From Peribolospora baueri (lineage: Eukaryota): a stretch of 47,194 nucleotides of DNA. Position numbers and translations under genes: made by a program. The DNA lies in assembly GCA_029717555.1 (NCBI GenBank), contig JAMDHS010000125.1, positions 1-47,194 of the forward strand, read 5' to 3'. Within the stretch, counting starts at the first letter, position 1. Each line of letters starts with the position of its first letter. Below, one piece after another: positions 10,899 to 23,304 of this stretch. The notes under the pieces were generated by a model, which had not been told where the DNA came from, made no database searches, and saw only the letters and a program-made list of their open reading frames with translations.

Positions 10899-11907
10899 TC
10901 ATGATGCCTTGTTCGAGTCGACGACGCTCTCCTCTTCTACCGTCGTGAACCGCGACTCGTCCCCCGCCTTGTTGGCGCTTGTCTTTTTCGACGACGCTGG
11001 AGCGCCACCACCGAAGAGATCTTTGCCCAGCTCCTCGACGCATCTCACGACCCGACGGCAGACCATCGACCATGCCGCACAGGAAACAGACCCTGGAGAC
11101 GAGCGAGCGAGCGAGGGACACGAGTCGCAGAGAAGACGAACGCCGTCAGTCACTTTTTCCGCCCTCCGTCCCGTGCGTTTCGTGCAATACGATAGGAAAA
11201 CCCACCGGAGGGCGCCCATGGCCAGCTGAGCCACCACGCGAGCGGGCCAAACCAGCCCGGGGGAAGCCAGAAGACGGGGGTGCGACGGTAATAGGTGCCG
11301 ATGCCGTAGGAGAGGCCGGAGGTGAGGAGCCAGAGGAAGGACTTGAACTTGATCGAGAACGAGGTGCGAAGCGTGGCCAGATCTCCGTCTGTGGATGGCG
11401 TGGCGGCGAGCAAAAAAAGGGGGGAAATTGTCGACGAGAAGAGGGCGGTTGAGCGACACTTGACCGGGTGCCCGCCCGCCAGCCATCCATCCATTCGTCA
11501 CTCACTCAGCTGCTCCAGCTCGCTGAGACCTTTATCAACCTGCCGCCTAAGCTTGGCCCACTTTGCGAACTGGTCCTGGCTCGACGTACGCATGAGCTCC
11601 TGCTTCTTCGCCAGGATGTCCGCCTTGAGCGCACGCTGCCTCCGGGTCTTGGAGGAGTGAAAGCAAGAGAGGTAGGCGGAGTACGTCTGGGGAACATAAA
11701 TCACATCGCAGGGGGAGAGGACGACGGACGGAGAGAGGGTGTGAGCAAGAGTGCGCCCCGTGCCGTGAGCGACGGGCGAGCCGAACAACGACAACGACAA
11801 CGACGACGACGACGATCGCTCACCACGTTGAGCAGCCCCTCGCTGCCCAGCCACCCGACAAGCTCGCCGAGCAAGACGAGGCCGAGGATGAGCAAGGCGA
11901 GGCTCAT
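10899..11907 (-). CDS. GET1: Guided entry of tail-anchored proteins factor 1 (GET1/WRB family), ~213 aa; exons 11907-11824, 11686-11506, 11388-11206, 11092-10899
   Basis: N-terminal TM segment; coiled coil with [48 protein letters not shown] motif. GT-AG introns keep the frame (642 nt). Confidence 0.93.
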
Positions 11908-11913
11908 CTTGAT

Positions 11914-12037
11914 GGACTGACTGACTGACTGACTGACTGACTGACTGACTGGCTGACTGGCTGACTGACTGGACTGGACTGGACTGGACTGGACTGGACT
12001 GGACTGGACTGGACTGGACTGGGCTGGGCTGGACTGG
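11914..12037. repeat. Compound (GACT)n-(GGACT)n microsatellite immediately 5' of the GET1 start codon
   Basis: Visible tandem GACT units followed by GGACT units. Confidence 0.9.
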
Positions 12038-12356
12038 CAAGGCGAGTCTATCTAGACAAAGTCTGTCAATCTCGTCTCGTCGTTCCTTCCCAACCTGCGC
12101 TTCCCCGACCAACCGGAGACCGAGCCTTCCTTCTCTTTCTCTGATCTGTTCCGTCCGCTGATCGGTCGGTCTGTCTGTCAGCCAGCGAGCGTCGACGTAT
12201 GCACATGGACGCGTCGCTAGTAACGAATGTACATGCGGACGGTTCAGTAGTATACGTTATACGTGTTCCCCCGGTACGTTCCCCTCCACTCTCCAGAGGT
12301 GATGACAACTCCTCCTGTCATTTTACGTTATTATCGTGGTGTAGCAGTCCTCCTGC

Positions 12357-12428
12357 GTGGTCATCGATTAGTGGTGAGATCGTTTCGTTGTGGCCGAAGA
12401 GACCTGGGTTCGATTCCCAGTGACCACA
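12357..12428 (+). tRNA. trnH-GUG: tRNA-His (anticodon GUG), intronless
   Basis: Acceptor stem GTGGTCA/TGACCAC, D-loop TAGTGG, anticodon loop TTGTGGC, T-arm CTGGGTTCGATTCCCAG. A T-run (Pol III terminator) starts at 12430. Confidence 0.95.
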
Positions 12429-13046
12429 CTTTTTTGCTTTTGTCGCGCCCCTTCCCCTATTTTTTATCTCTTTTATATAATACCCAAGGGTAAGTAATGA
12501 TCAATTCATCCCCCGAGCAAGCCATCTCATCGCTCTTAGGATTCCTCTCTGCGAGGTTACGCCGAGACCGGTGAATAACAACGGACGGAGGGACGGAGGG
12601 AGGGATGGGTCGCGATCGCAATAGGAATATATTCCAATCGTAAGCCAAAAAAAACTTGGGCGAACCGCCGTGCGAACCGAATGGACGAACGAGCGGCACG
12701 GCTGGTGGCCAGACGGGACACTGGGAGAGATAGAGAGAAGGAAGGGGGGGGGAAGTATGTATGTAAACGTGACCATGGGACAACGGGAAAAAAAAGGGAC
12801 AAAACAAGGAAAGGGGAAAGGAGGCGACAAAGGTCCTAAGACAGACAGACAGACAGACAGATTCCGGAGTTCGAAGGAGGCTATCGGTAGGCGTCAGGCG
12901 TCAGGCGGGCGGGCACTAGCAAAGGGGAAAAAGAGAGTGGACAGGGTAGCGAGCGGGAAAGGACGCGGAGGGAGAGAAAGGAGGAAGGGGGGGGAACTAA
13001 ACAAAAAAGAAAAAGTGTCCGCGTTCTTGTTCGAACCGATTCTGAA

Positions 13047-16000
13047 TCAGAACGGACTCGGCGCACCGGGCGGCTTTGGCGCCTGAGAAAGGTGAGAAGC
13101 GAAAAGAAATGTTTGGTGAGCAAGCCGACGGGACAGAGCGCGTCACGTCATGTCGGTGGGAGGAGGACTCGGACTCACCGCCGCTCCCGGTGGAAGCCTG
13201 CTCGCGCCTGACGAGGTGCTGCCATGTCCAAGTGTGCTGGGGGCGCCACCGCCACCGGTGTTGAACATGCCAGAGTGTCCGGCCTCGGAGCTGGACGGGG
13301 AGACGGGGGACTGGATGGACACGCCACCGCGGCTGGACCGCCTCGACTGGCGCTTGTTCCGCACCACCGTCCGGGCGCCTGGCATGGGCCCGTCGTCGGT
13401 CAGCGAGACGCCTCGGGCGAGCTGCGGGCCGTCTCGAGCGGGTCGCGCCTGGCTTGAGCTAACGAGGTGGTGAGAGCTGCTGGAAGACGCCGAGACAAGC
13501 GCCGGCGAACCGACCAAGATCTCCGGTTCGGCGCTGAATGCCTCGGCGTAGCTGAAAGGGAAAGAGAAAAGAAGAAAAGGGGCGAGGTGAGTGAGATTGG
13601 GATGCCCGAAAGGTGGTTGCGTCGACGCCGCTCGCTCGCTCGCTCACCTCGCATGCTGATCGGGCGGGCTCAGCTGAGGGTAGCTGTTCTCGGACGACAC
13701 GTGACCGTGACGAAGGTGGACGGAAGAGGACGCGGCGCCCAAGCCGTCGGACGTCCCCTCATCGCCGTCGTGCATGATCGGTTGCCTCTCGTGGGCGAAC
13801 GAGGCCCGCGCGTCGCTAGGATACTCGTACCTCGCCGAAGCAGCGACAGGGGGTGTGGCACTGTGGTCGCGCGACAAGGAGGCGGCGCTCGAGTTGGCCG
13901 TCATGCCCGTGCGCGAGTTGGGCGACAGGTCGCGCGAGCCCCCCGGCGGCGACGTCGGCGTATTCCGGGCTTGAGAAGCGTTGGGCGCGAGAGGAGCGGG
14001 AAGCTCGAGCAACGGCACCGAGTCGATACGGGACCTCGACGCGTGGCGGCCGCCGCCGCTGTGGTCGTCGTCGTAACCGGCAGGCGGAGCGGCGGCGGCG
14101 GCGAGTCCGCCTCGGGTGCCGAACTGGTCGGACGGGTTGGAGTGGTAAGTCTCCGAGGAGGAGACCATGCTGAACCGCGTGCTCTCGGCGCGGCGCGGGC
14201 TCTCGGAGCGGTGGACGACGTCGTAGGTCGAGTCGCGCGAGACCGTACCGGACTTCCACCTGCGCTCACGCTCAAACTCGGCCCATCGCTTCATGACGAT
14301 GTGACTCGAGTCAAACTCGCCCTCCTTGCCGTCGTGCGCGGCACCATCGTCGCCTTCGATCTTACGCGTCTGACCCCAGCTAAAGTCGTCAAAGTGCCAG
14401 AAGGCGTAGGTGGGGAGGACAAAGTTCTGAAGGGATAGAGAAGGGAGGTTAGCAACAGACGGAAAAATGACTGGCGGAGGGCACCGGACGGCTCACCCAG
14501 ATGGGAAGAGAAAGGAGGTAGATGAACATCCATCCGACGTAAGCGATCCTGCGCGACGTGATGACGATCAGCAATCCTGGCAGGCCGAGGATGATGGCGA
14601 GGAGGATGAGAGGGATGACGGGCGTGACGGCGGTGGGGATGATGGCGAGAATGATGAGGTAGAGGGTGAACGAGATGGCGGCGGGAAGGACGAGCGTGCC
14701 GGCGAGCTCCATGCCGACGACGAACTGCATCGAGAAGCAGAACGTGCCGCAGAGGTCGCGCACGAAGAGGAGCTCGGCGAGGTTGTGCACCGTCGAGTTG
14801 ATCCATCGTCGGCGTTGAGAGAGGAGGACGCGGAACGTGTCCGGCACGACCGTCTTGCACACCGCGCCCGGCACGAAAACCATCTTGCGCTTGGGGAACG
14901 TCTTGAGCATGAGCGTCGTCAAGTATCGGTCCTCACCGAGCAGGAGCAGGTTTTTCTTGTGCAGCGTATCCACGACGTTTTCGGAGTAGTGTTCGACGAT
15001 ATCTGGGTTCGCCAAAATGGGCACCCAATAGCCAAGCGCGCCTTTAGGAGCCTTGATACGGTACGCGCTAAAGCAGCCGGGCAAACAGGTGACACCTCCG
15101 AAGCAGGCCTCAAAGGCTTTGGTCATGTGGTGCGAGGTGTAGTACTCGAAGACTACGAGGGGTAGGTTGATGGAGGTGGGTGAACGGAAGAATAGATGTG
15201 AGCGGGTCACGCGCAAGAAAAGAAAAGAAAAGAAAGAGAAAGACAAGGAAAAAAGGTAAAAAAAGGTAAAAGAGGAAAAGAAAAAAGAGAAAAAGAGAAA
15301 AAGAAAGAAGAAAAAGAAAAGAAAAGAAAAGAAAGAGAAAGAGAAAGACAAGGAAAAAAGGTAAAAAAAGGTAAAAGAGAAAAAGGAAAAAGGACAAAAA
15401 GAGAAAAAGAGAAAGAGAAAGAAGAAAAAGAAAAGAAAAGAAAAAGAAAAAGATCCGAAAACTCACCCTGAATCATAGTAACCCAAGTCTCCGCCTTATT
15501 CGCAATCTTCGTCTCTCCACACAACCCCATAATCTCCGGGTCCTGCACCATCGCCGACGTCATCCTACTCAACGAATCTGGAAAGATCTTCGTATCCGCG
15601 TCCACCATGAGCATCACCTCGTAAACGTCTGGTGATACGCCCGTGACACGCCATATCGAATTGAAGAATTCGTATTCGAATGTCGTCATGCGTTCGTCAA
15701 ACATGACTTTTTGCAAGAAGGCCATGATCAGCACTTGTGAGTCTCGTTTGCCGCGGTTGCCTGGCTTGGCGTCGTGCGCTTCTAGAGGGTTGCCGCATTT
15801 GGCAACGAGGACCATGGGAACGCGTTGCTGTTTGCTCGGCTCGACGGTATCGTCGTCATAGTCGTAGAAGCCGGCATACACCTTGGCCATGTTGTGTCGC
15901 TTGTGCCCGTCGGCGATCGCCACGTAGCTGTGGCCCTCCACCTCCTCAGCAGGCGTGATGAGGCCCTTCATCATGCTCAAACAAATATCCGGGGTGCTCA

Positions 16001-18482
16001 TGTCGTTGCCAGCGCCCTTGACGATGCCGTCACAGATGACGAGGATCAGCTTGTGGCTGTTCGGGTAGTCCGTCGTGGCCAGCGAGTCGAGCGTCGTGCG
16101 AAGGCCCTCGAGCGACTCGGAGTAAGCGGTGACGAGGCACATGGTGTGCGCCAGCGGAAAGTTGAAAGGCTGCCAGTCCGGCGCGGGCTGGGGGACGACA
16201 CCGCGAGCGAGCGGGAAGGGACAAGCCTTACCGGTGCCGTCGGAGATGGACGATCGCCTGGACCCGTCGCTAATGTCCTTGCCCGGGTAGGCCAACGAGG
16301 TGGAGCTGCGCGAGCCGCGGAGCATGGGCGAGCCGGGCGGCGTGCGACCCTCGAGTCCGGCGGCGAGCATCGCCTTGGGATTGCCGTACACGCTGAGCGC
16401 CGCCTGACTGCGCCGATCGGGCGTGGCGAGACCGGGGGCGTAGGCGCTGACGGGGCGGAGGCCGCCGCCGGCGGCGCCACCGACCTTACCCAATCCGTGG
16501 CCGCCAAAAGTGGAGAAACGAGAAGTGGTGGGGAAGAAGGTGCTCTTCCTCGACTTGTGGAGTACGTTGGGCCGATAGCTGCCGGGGGCGGGGCGGTAGA
16601 TGTCACCGGACCACTGTTCGATCTCGGCCATGCGCTTCATGCGCTCCTCGTACGTCTCGTTCTTGTAGTTGCCTATGCGCCAGCCGATGAACCAGCCAAA
16701 GATGACGGCCATGGCGAAGCGGATGGCGACGACGCCGACGATGAAGACGAGGGAGACGTAGAGGACAATGTCGGAGGCGACGCAGCCGATCGTGTTGGTG
16801 TCGATGAAACCGACCTTGACGACGTCGTCCAGACACGCCGCGTACTTGCTCAAGCCCTTGCGCATGACGGCGGCGGTGATGTCGCGGCTCTGCCACGACG
16901 CGTTTCCGCTCTTCAGCTCGTCGAACCAGGCCGGGTACCTGACCTGGGTGGGGTCGAGCCAGTTGAGGAGGCTCAGGTCGAGCACGCTGCTCTGCCAGAC
17001 GGCGAGGTTGCGCGTGCTGTTGACGTCGCTCCATTGGAAGTAGATCTGGCTCACGTTCGTCGCCCGTCCAAAGTTGGCAAAGCTGGACTTTTGCTGTTTC
17101 GAGACGTGGCACAGCACGTTGTCGGTATAACCGGTCAGGTTAGGCTGGGTGTTGCCAGACTGGCTGAAGAGGTTGCAGGGGAAGAACCAGCTCAGATCGC
17201 CGGTGGGCGTCTTGGGGATCTGAGAGCCCTTGGCGGCGGTGATGATGCCCTTGCAGTTGCCTTGGGTGTTCTGGAACATGAAGCTGCCGTCGAGACCGCC
17301 TGTGGACCAGGGCTCAGAGTAGAGGGGGTTGCTGGCGTTGATGCCGGGGGCAGCGGGATGAATGTAGTGCGTCATGTCGTAGTTGTAACCGTGGAAGATC
17401 ATGGAGCCCGAGTTGACGGAGCCGGTGCGGTATCGAACGGGGGGGCGACCGCAGACGGACTTTGTGAAGCCGAAGGTGAGGAAACCGACGCCGGTCATGA
17501 GGACGCCGATGAGGGCCAACAGACCCATCTTTTCTCGCCAGGCGCGCTGCTGTTCTGGGGTTCGAATGCCAAAACACTTCAAGATGGGCGCAGGACAACA
17601 AAAAGTCAAGACATAGCAGTAGATCATCCACGCGTCCAACGGCCCACCGCCGTAGGCCATCCGCTCGTTCTTGCCGGAGAAAGCGGCGCCCTTGCCCTCA
17701 TCGTCCGGGCCGACGATGCTCGCGCTGGCGCTCGTTCTCTTCCTGCGCAGGCTCACGCCGCGCTTGAGAAAGTTGAGGCCCGTCTCGGCAATGTCCTCGT
17801 CGCGGGCGAGGATGCTCCTGCCCCTTCGGAGGCCCCCCCCGCCGGGGATGGCGGCGACACCGGCGGGGGCGGTCATGACGCCTTCGGGGCCCATGACGCC
17901 CATGCCGCTCACACCCCCACCGGGACCGGCGATGCCGGCGAAACCGGCTTCCGGAGGGTTGGCACCGTGTTGGGGGAGGTGGCCGGTGGTGGAGGGGAGG
18001 AAGCCACCGTGGTGCTGGTTCTCCATCTGGGCGGCGTGGTTGCGATAGTACCATTGACGGTGGGTGGGGTCGATGCGCTCCCTGTCGGGTCGGACGAGGG
18101 ACTTTTTCCTACGGAACTGGGCGCCGCCGATGCCCTGACCTGGGGCGGCGCCGGAGAAGCCGCTGGTGTCATCGAGGGTGGGGAGTTGTGCGGTGCCGAG
18201 GGCGGTGGAGGAGCTGGAGGGGTCCCAGGTGTCGGTTCGACCGGTGAGCTTGACGGTCGAGGCGGACTGTTGGTCGAAGGGCGGTCGAGTGGGCTCCTGG
18301 AAAGAGACCTGGGGAGGGATGGGGGTACGAGAGAAAGCGGCGCGGGCGGAAGAAGACGCGGGCTGGGAGGGCGGTGGTGCGTGAGAGGGCCTTGGTTGGT
18401 TGTTCATGTTGCTGTCGATGGAGAGCGGGGGCAGCGGGTGGGGTTGTCGGGGTCCGCGGTAATGGGGATTAGGAGGGTCCAT
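13047..18482 (-). CDS. CHS3: Chitin synthase class IV (yeast Chs3-type), ~1619 aa; exons 18482-15467, 15152-14497, 14426-13648, 13551-13179, 13082-13047
   Basis: [49 protein letters not shown], catalytic LGEDRYL and SQRRRW, DDFSWG. No myosin motor domain. Exon total (4860 nt) is in frame. The last two exons are less certain. Confidence 0.95.
15214..15452. repeat. A/G-rich polypurine tract with an internal ~105-bp tandem duplication, inside chitin synthase intron 1
   Basis: GAGAAAGACAAGGAAAAAAGGTAAAAAAAGGTAAAAGAG occurs at ~15236 and ~15341. Confidence 0.85.
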
Positions 18483-19867
18483 GGCGTCGGAAGCGCGGCG
18501 GGTGACAAGGTCGGGTGGGGTCAGGTGGTAGGGATCATGGGTCGATGGGGGAGGAAGGGGGGGGGCGAAAGAAGGAGCGTTGGAGACCGAAGGGGGGGGG
18601 CTACAAAAGAGCGGGTGCGTTGGTCGGGGTGGCCGTCGGAGAGGTAGCGGGCCTACGCAGACGGGGTCAAGGCTAGGTTGGTGAGAGGGAGAGAGGAGAC
18701 GACGTGCGTGAGTGATCCAACTGATCCGAGGTTGTGTCGTGTCGTCGGCGTCGGCGAGAAAGAGAACGCGATGGTACACTCTGAAGGAGCGCGTTGTACG
18801 ATGGGCGTCGTGGTGGAGACAAGAGGAGCAAGCTGGCGCGTACGCACCTTTACGTATGTGCCGTGTCCTTGGCGCGTGCCGCGTGGTATGCTATCGTATG
18901 CCGTCCTGTCTGTCCGCCCCGAGCGAGCGCGCACTGAGGCTGGTGGGTGGAGACGGTGGGGAACGGATGGATGGATGGAGGGATGGAGGGATGGATGGAA
19001 AGAAGAAACGACGAGTCGGGGCGCCTGTTTTCTTTTTTTGTCGTTTTCCGTCCTGTGCTGTGTGCTCTCTCGGCGGTGGATGGTGGTCGTCGCCGTCGCC
19101 GTCGGAGGAGGCGCGGGTCAGGGATAGGGATGGGCGACGGGTGTGGTTGGCGACGGCGGCGAGGATCGGCGTCGGCGTCGGCGTCGGCGTCGGAATCGGG
19201 TTAGTTGGTGGTGGTCGATGTGGACGATGGCGATGGCGATGGCTTCGACTTGGATTTAGACCACGCCGGATGGATGGCCGAAGACGAACGAGACAGACAG
19301 GAGACGCGGCCACCGTCAGTCAGTCCGCGCGTCGGCCAGGCTGTCCGTCGAGAGTACTCCACTGCAGTCAGTCCAGCCAGTGCCACTCCCGCCGTCCGCG
19401 TCGGGCAGGCAGGTAGGCGGGCAACGGCAGCAGCTGCGGCAACGGCTGTGACGGAGGGTTTGGCCTTCCTTAGGGGGGAGAAACAGAAACAGGCGCGCCG
19501 TTCGGATGCCCCTTTGGGGCGGGCGTGCGTCGATTCGACGGCGACAAGGACGGAGGCGAGGCGAGCGATCCCAAAACACGCGCAGCAATCATTATAATAA
19601 TCATCATAATAAAGCGGCCATAAGTAAGTATGGCGCGCCCACCGCCGCCTAACGCCGGTTTCAAATTTCATTCCTCCAGGCCCAAATAAGACGCTCGCTC
19701 GCTCGGCACGGCCACCCGGCCAGCCAGAGCTCGAGGAGAAAAAAGAATCATCATCGATTGATCGATGGCACGCACGCCGCACATCCCTCCCACGTGCACA
19801 CCCGTACACCCACACGCATACCTCCTCCGTCATCACTGAAGAAAGAACAAACGAAAGAAAGGACGCA

Positions 19868-22800
19868 TCACGACGCGCTCGAGGACGACGCCGTGCCGTC
19901 CAACGAAGCGAACACGTCGGCCCTGGCAGCGAGAAAAAGGAGGAGGGTCAGCCAGCGCTCCTCGTCTCCTTCTCACCGCCGCGAGCCACTCCCCACTCAC
20001 CAATCCACCATGTCCAACGGCCACTCGGCCAGGAACGGCCATCCCTTCCCGCTCTCATCGCCCGTCTCCATATCCATGTCCATATTCATGTCCATATTCA
20101 TGTCCATATTCATATCCATCCCCATATCCATATTCATATCCATCCACCCGCCGCCACCGCCGAACCAAGGCACCGCCGCTGACCCGGCTCGCGTCCCCTC
20201 CCTCTCCTCTTCCCTCTGTCGAATCGTCAAATAGAATCGAATAGAATAGAATCTTATCGCATCGCACCGAACAAACAGGATAACATAGCTCACCTCTCTG
20301 CCCCGTTTCCGTTTCCCCTTTCCACCACCGTCCGGCACCAGCGCGAGACGCGTCACCTCGGCGAGCGATCGGAGTACGTCGGCGTTTAGACCGGCTAGTT
20401 GCCATCTGAAGGGCGGTCGAGGTAACGAGTACGGAAGGTACAAGTACGAGGGTACAAGTACGATGGTACGAACGTACGAGTACGCAAGGAGGTCAGCCTA
20501 CGAACGAACGACGAACGAACAAACAACGAAGACGACTCACGTCCGCTCGAAGGACGACAGGATGCCCAGGCACTCGTCCACACGCCCCAGATCCCTCTCC
20601 ACGTCCTCCACCACCACCTCCTCCTCCTCCGATCTCCCACCGCCACGGCGCCGCGTCCACACGTCGATCAGCAGCACGCATCCCGCCACAAAGCCCGCGA
20701 TCACGCTCTCCAGCGGCCGGCCCCTCAACTCCTCTCCGCCCCGGCCGAGCGTCGAGACGATCTTTCGCGCAGACTCGGCGCACGTTGCCAGAGCCATCGT
20801 CGCCGCCGCCGTCCTTCCTTCTTCTTCTCCCTTCATCCCCTTCTTCTTTCGAGAAGTAAGGAATCGCCGGCGGTGGATGTAGATCTATCGACGAAGGGCG
20901 AACCAAGTCGAGCCGAGCACATGAGAACAAACAAAGAAAAAAAGTTCAGAGAAAGGACAAAAAAATATAGCCCGTCACTCACGTTGGTGACGTGATACTG
21001 CGCGTGCACGAGGCAAGCTTCGACCGACGTCTCCGTATCCCACACCTCGCCATCGTAATCGTACCTCAGCTCCGCCGGCAGCGCCGTCTCCCATGCCTTG
21101 AGCTCGCCGACGACGTCCGCCTCCGTCGCCGCCGCCGACGATCCAGAGTAAAGCGACGTCAGCGTCCGACTCGTAATCCGGAGCAGCCTGAGCCGCGCGT
21201 TGAACGACGCCATTCGGACCGACCGCCCTTTCGGCTCGAGACCCGCTGCCACCGACTCCAGGCTTTCGTCGTCCAACTCTAGCGGCAGGTCCACGTCGAA
21301 GCTATCGGGCCGTATGCAAGAGGGCGCAAATGAGCGCAAATGAGTAAACTTTGTCTTCTCCTTCTTCTTCTTCACCGACTTACTCGTCTTCTTGGATACA
21401 CATCGGCCGGCCCGTCATCGCGCTCATCGTCCTATCCAACAAATACGCCGTCCAAAACACCCTCTTCCGCATCTCGTACTCCACCACCTCCTCCCTCTCC
21501 ATCTTCTTCGCCGCCTTGCGGTGCATCCCCGCGTCCAACGCAAGCCGCATCGTCGTCCCCACCAGCACCCACGCCGACGTCGGTGTTAGCGGCGTTCCGA
21601 GCAGGAACATGATCGACATCGTGATCGCTTGCAGACGCGTAAGCGTCGCCGTCGCGTACACTGGGTGCTGGATCCTCTTCATCTCGTGCCAATATCGGAT
21701 GCCCGCACTGTGCCGGTACCTCGCCTCCGCACCGACGCATTCCGGGTACGTCAGCACGCGCCGATCGTCGACCACCTTGGACGCCACCGCGAATACGCCA
21801 AACGCGAGCGCCACCCAAGCCCGGTCCCGTCTGCTCGCCGGGTCGTGCCACTGCCGCATAAACGTCGGTCGATGGAGGAGTGGCGCAAAAGCGTTCCATT
21901 TGTCAAAGTAGGCGTCGATTAAAGTCGCTGCCAGATCCGGTTCTGGCCACGCTAACGGCTCGAATAGAGTCGCGTCCAAATCGTCTAAGAGCCCCGGAGC
22001 CACTCGAAAAAACTCGGGCCGAAGGGCGAAGAAGGGTCGTTGTGCGCGCGTCTTCGTTGGCGGCGGCGGCGGCGGAGGCGCAGGCGACGACGCCGCCGCC
22101 TCCGCCTCCGCCGTCGGGTGGCCCTGCGAAGAAAGCCGTTCGACCTCCTTGATGAGCTGGAACGTGCTCGACTTGCCCACAAAGTAGCGCTGCTCGACCC
22201 TCCTATCCTCCGGAGCGTCGTGTCTGTCGTCGTCGATCACCCGAAGCTTCTCTAGCACCCCGCCAAGGTATACAAACTCTTCGTCGTCGCTCTCCCCGTC
22301 GTCTCCCTCGCCGGCGTCATCCCTCGTCGCCGCCCCATGCAACTCAGTATTGAAGCGAAGCGCGGATCTTGAAGCTACGCCTTCGACGCTCGACCGGGCC
22401 GAGAGAAGACGCTCCAATTCCTCGACACGGCGCTCTAAGCCTTGGACGTACCTGAGGAGACGAAGAAAAAACGGCGACCGTTCAGTGAACTAAGCACGTG
22501 GTTCCACCGCCGTCACTACGCGCTCGAGATACTGACTCTTTTGAAGGAGGCCATTTTCCCGACACCGGAGGGAAATCGCAATGGCGGTTCGTCGATGCAC
22601 TCGTGGCCGGGTCGGAAGGAGGATGCGCCGTCAGCTGCGAGGCCGGATGCGGCAAGGCAGGGCAATGCTCACCAGTAACTACATGCGTTCTTGTCCGGCT
22701 GGACGCCGTCACAGCGAATCTTCTTGGTGTGGCAGACCTTTGCGAGAGAACGAAGGAGCGAACGGTGTCACGCAGCCAGCCAGCCAGCCAGCCAGCCGAT

Positions 22801-22912
22801 CCCGCGGGGGGGGAGCAGCTCCAGTGGTGGTTCGAGCGGGCACACTCACGTCGCAGGCTTTGCGAGTCTTTCTTGGCCGTCGGTCTTCGACGCCTGCCAT
22901 GCTCGTTCCCAT
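19868..22912 (-). CDS. Zn2Cys6 (Gal4-family) transcription factor with fungal-specific middle homology domain, ~767 aa; exons 22912-22850, 22737-22673, 22599-22537, 22451-21384, 21301-20983, 20884-20541, 20405-20294, 20215-20001, 19922-19868
   Basis: Spliced zinc cluster CDVC-HTKKIR-C-DGVQPDKNA-CSYC-ASTNRH-C; YVQGLERRVEELE coiled coil; PLLHRPTF, RLALDAGMHR, RKRVFWTAYLLDR..GRP, FDVDLP. Exon total (2304 nt) is in frame. Confidence 0.9.
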
Positions 22913-23042
22913 GTGGGCGGGGCTTGTCGCCGATGATGTACAAGATCTTCACGTCGCCCGCGTCGGCTTCTCCGCCGCTCCTCTATCCGCGATTATCATA
23001 TCAGATCGCAACATGCGGAGATGAGCGGGTGATCGAGTCTCT

Positions 23043-23132
23043 CGGAGGAGCTCCCGCCGAATGGTTGCTCATGTGCCACGTGCGCTGATCCTGGGGCTCG
23101 CTGTGTGCGCATCGTCGGAGGGGCATTCACCG
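23043..23132. promoter_or_regulatory. Two Gal4-type CGG-N11-CCG sites (23043-23059 and 23116-23132) in the divergent promoter
   Basis: TCGGAGGAGCTCCCGCCGAA and TCGGAGGGGCATTCACCGAA share the spacing and the TCGGAGG.GC....CCGAA context; they lie next to a Zn2Cys6 gene. Confidence 0.6.
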
Positions 23133-23193
23133 AACACGATCACTTCTAGCCACGACCGCACCCAAGGGCAGGGTGAAGGGGCCGTCGATGCTT

Positions 23194-23200
23194 TATAAAG
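23194..23200 (+). promoter_or_regulatory. TATA box of the SNG1-like gene
   Basis: TATAAAG ~110 nt upstream of ATG 23305 in GC-rich surroundings. Confidence 0.6.
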
Positions 23201-23304
23201 CAAGCAGTCACTTGTCCGCTGCTCCCCTCGATTCACATTGTGCCCGCGGCCATTGCTAACCCTTCTCTTCCTCGACGCTGTCACAGCGCTAACCGGTTTC
23301 CGTC

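Noticed and set aside
11914..12037. Repeat arrays as CRISPR-like structures
   Set aside because: Simple 4-5-bp tandem units without spacers, in a eukaryotic context with no cas genes.
15825..18647. 940-aa plus-strand ORF
   Set aside because: Antisense shadow of the GC-rich chitin synthase exon with no motifs. The same applies to the antisense ORFs over HSP104, CAT2 and the transketolase.
15207..18779. 1190-aa ORF taken as the whole chitin synthase, with Phe/Ser-rich ends
   Set aside because: The F/S-rich segments are read-through into the pyrimidine-rich intron. The upstream 99 codons start at a non-ATG codon and are probably 5' UTR.
20055..20405. GYEYGHEYG repeat protein
   Set aside because: Alternative frame of the minisatellite; splice phases place the Met-rich frame in the transcription factor.
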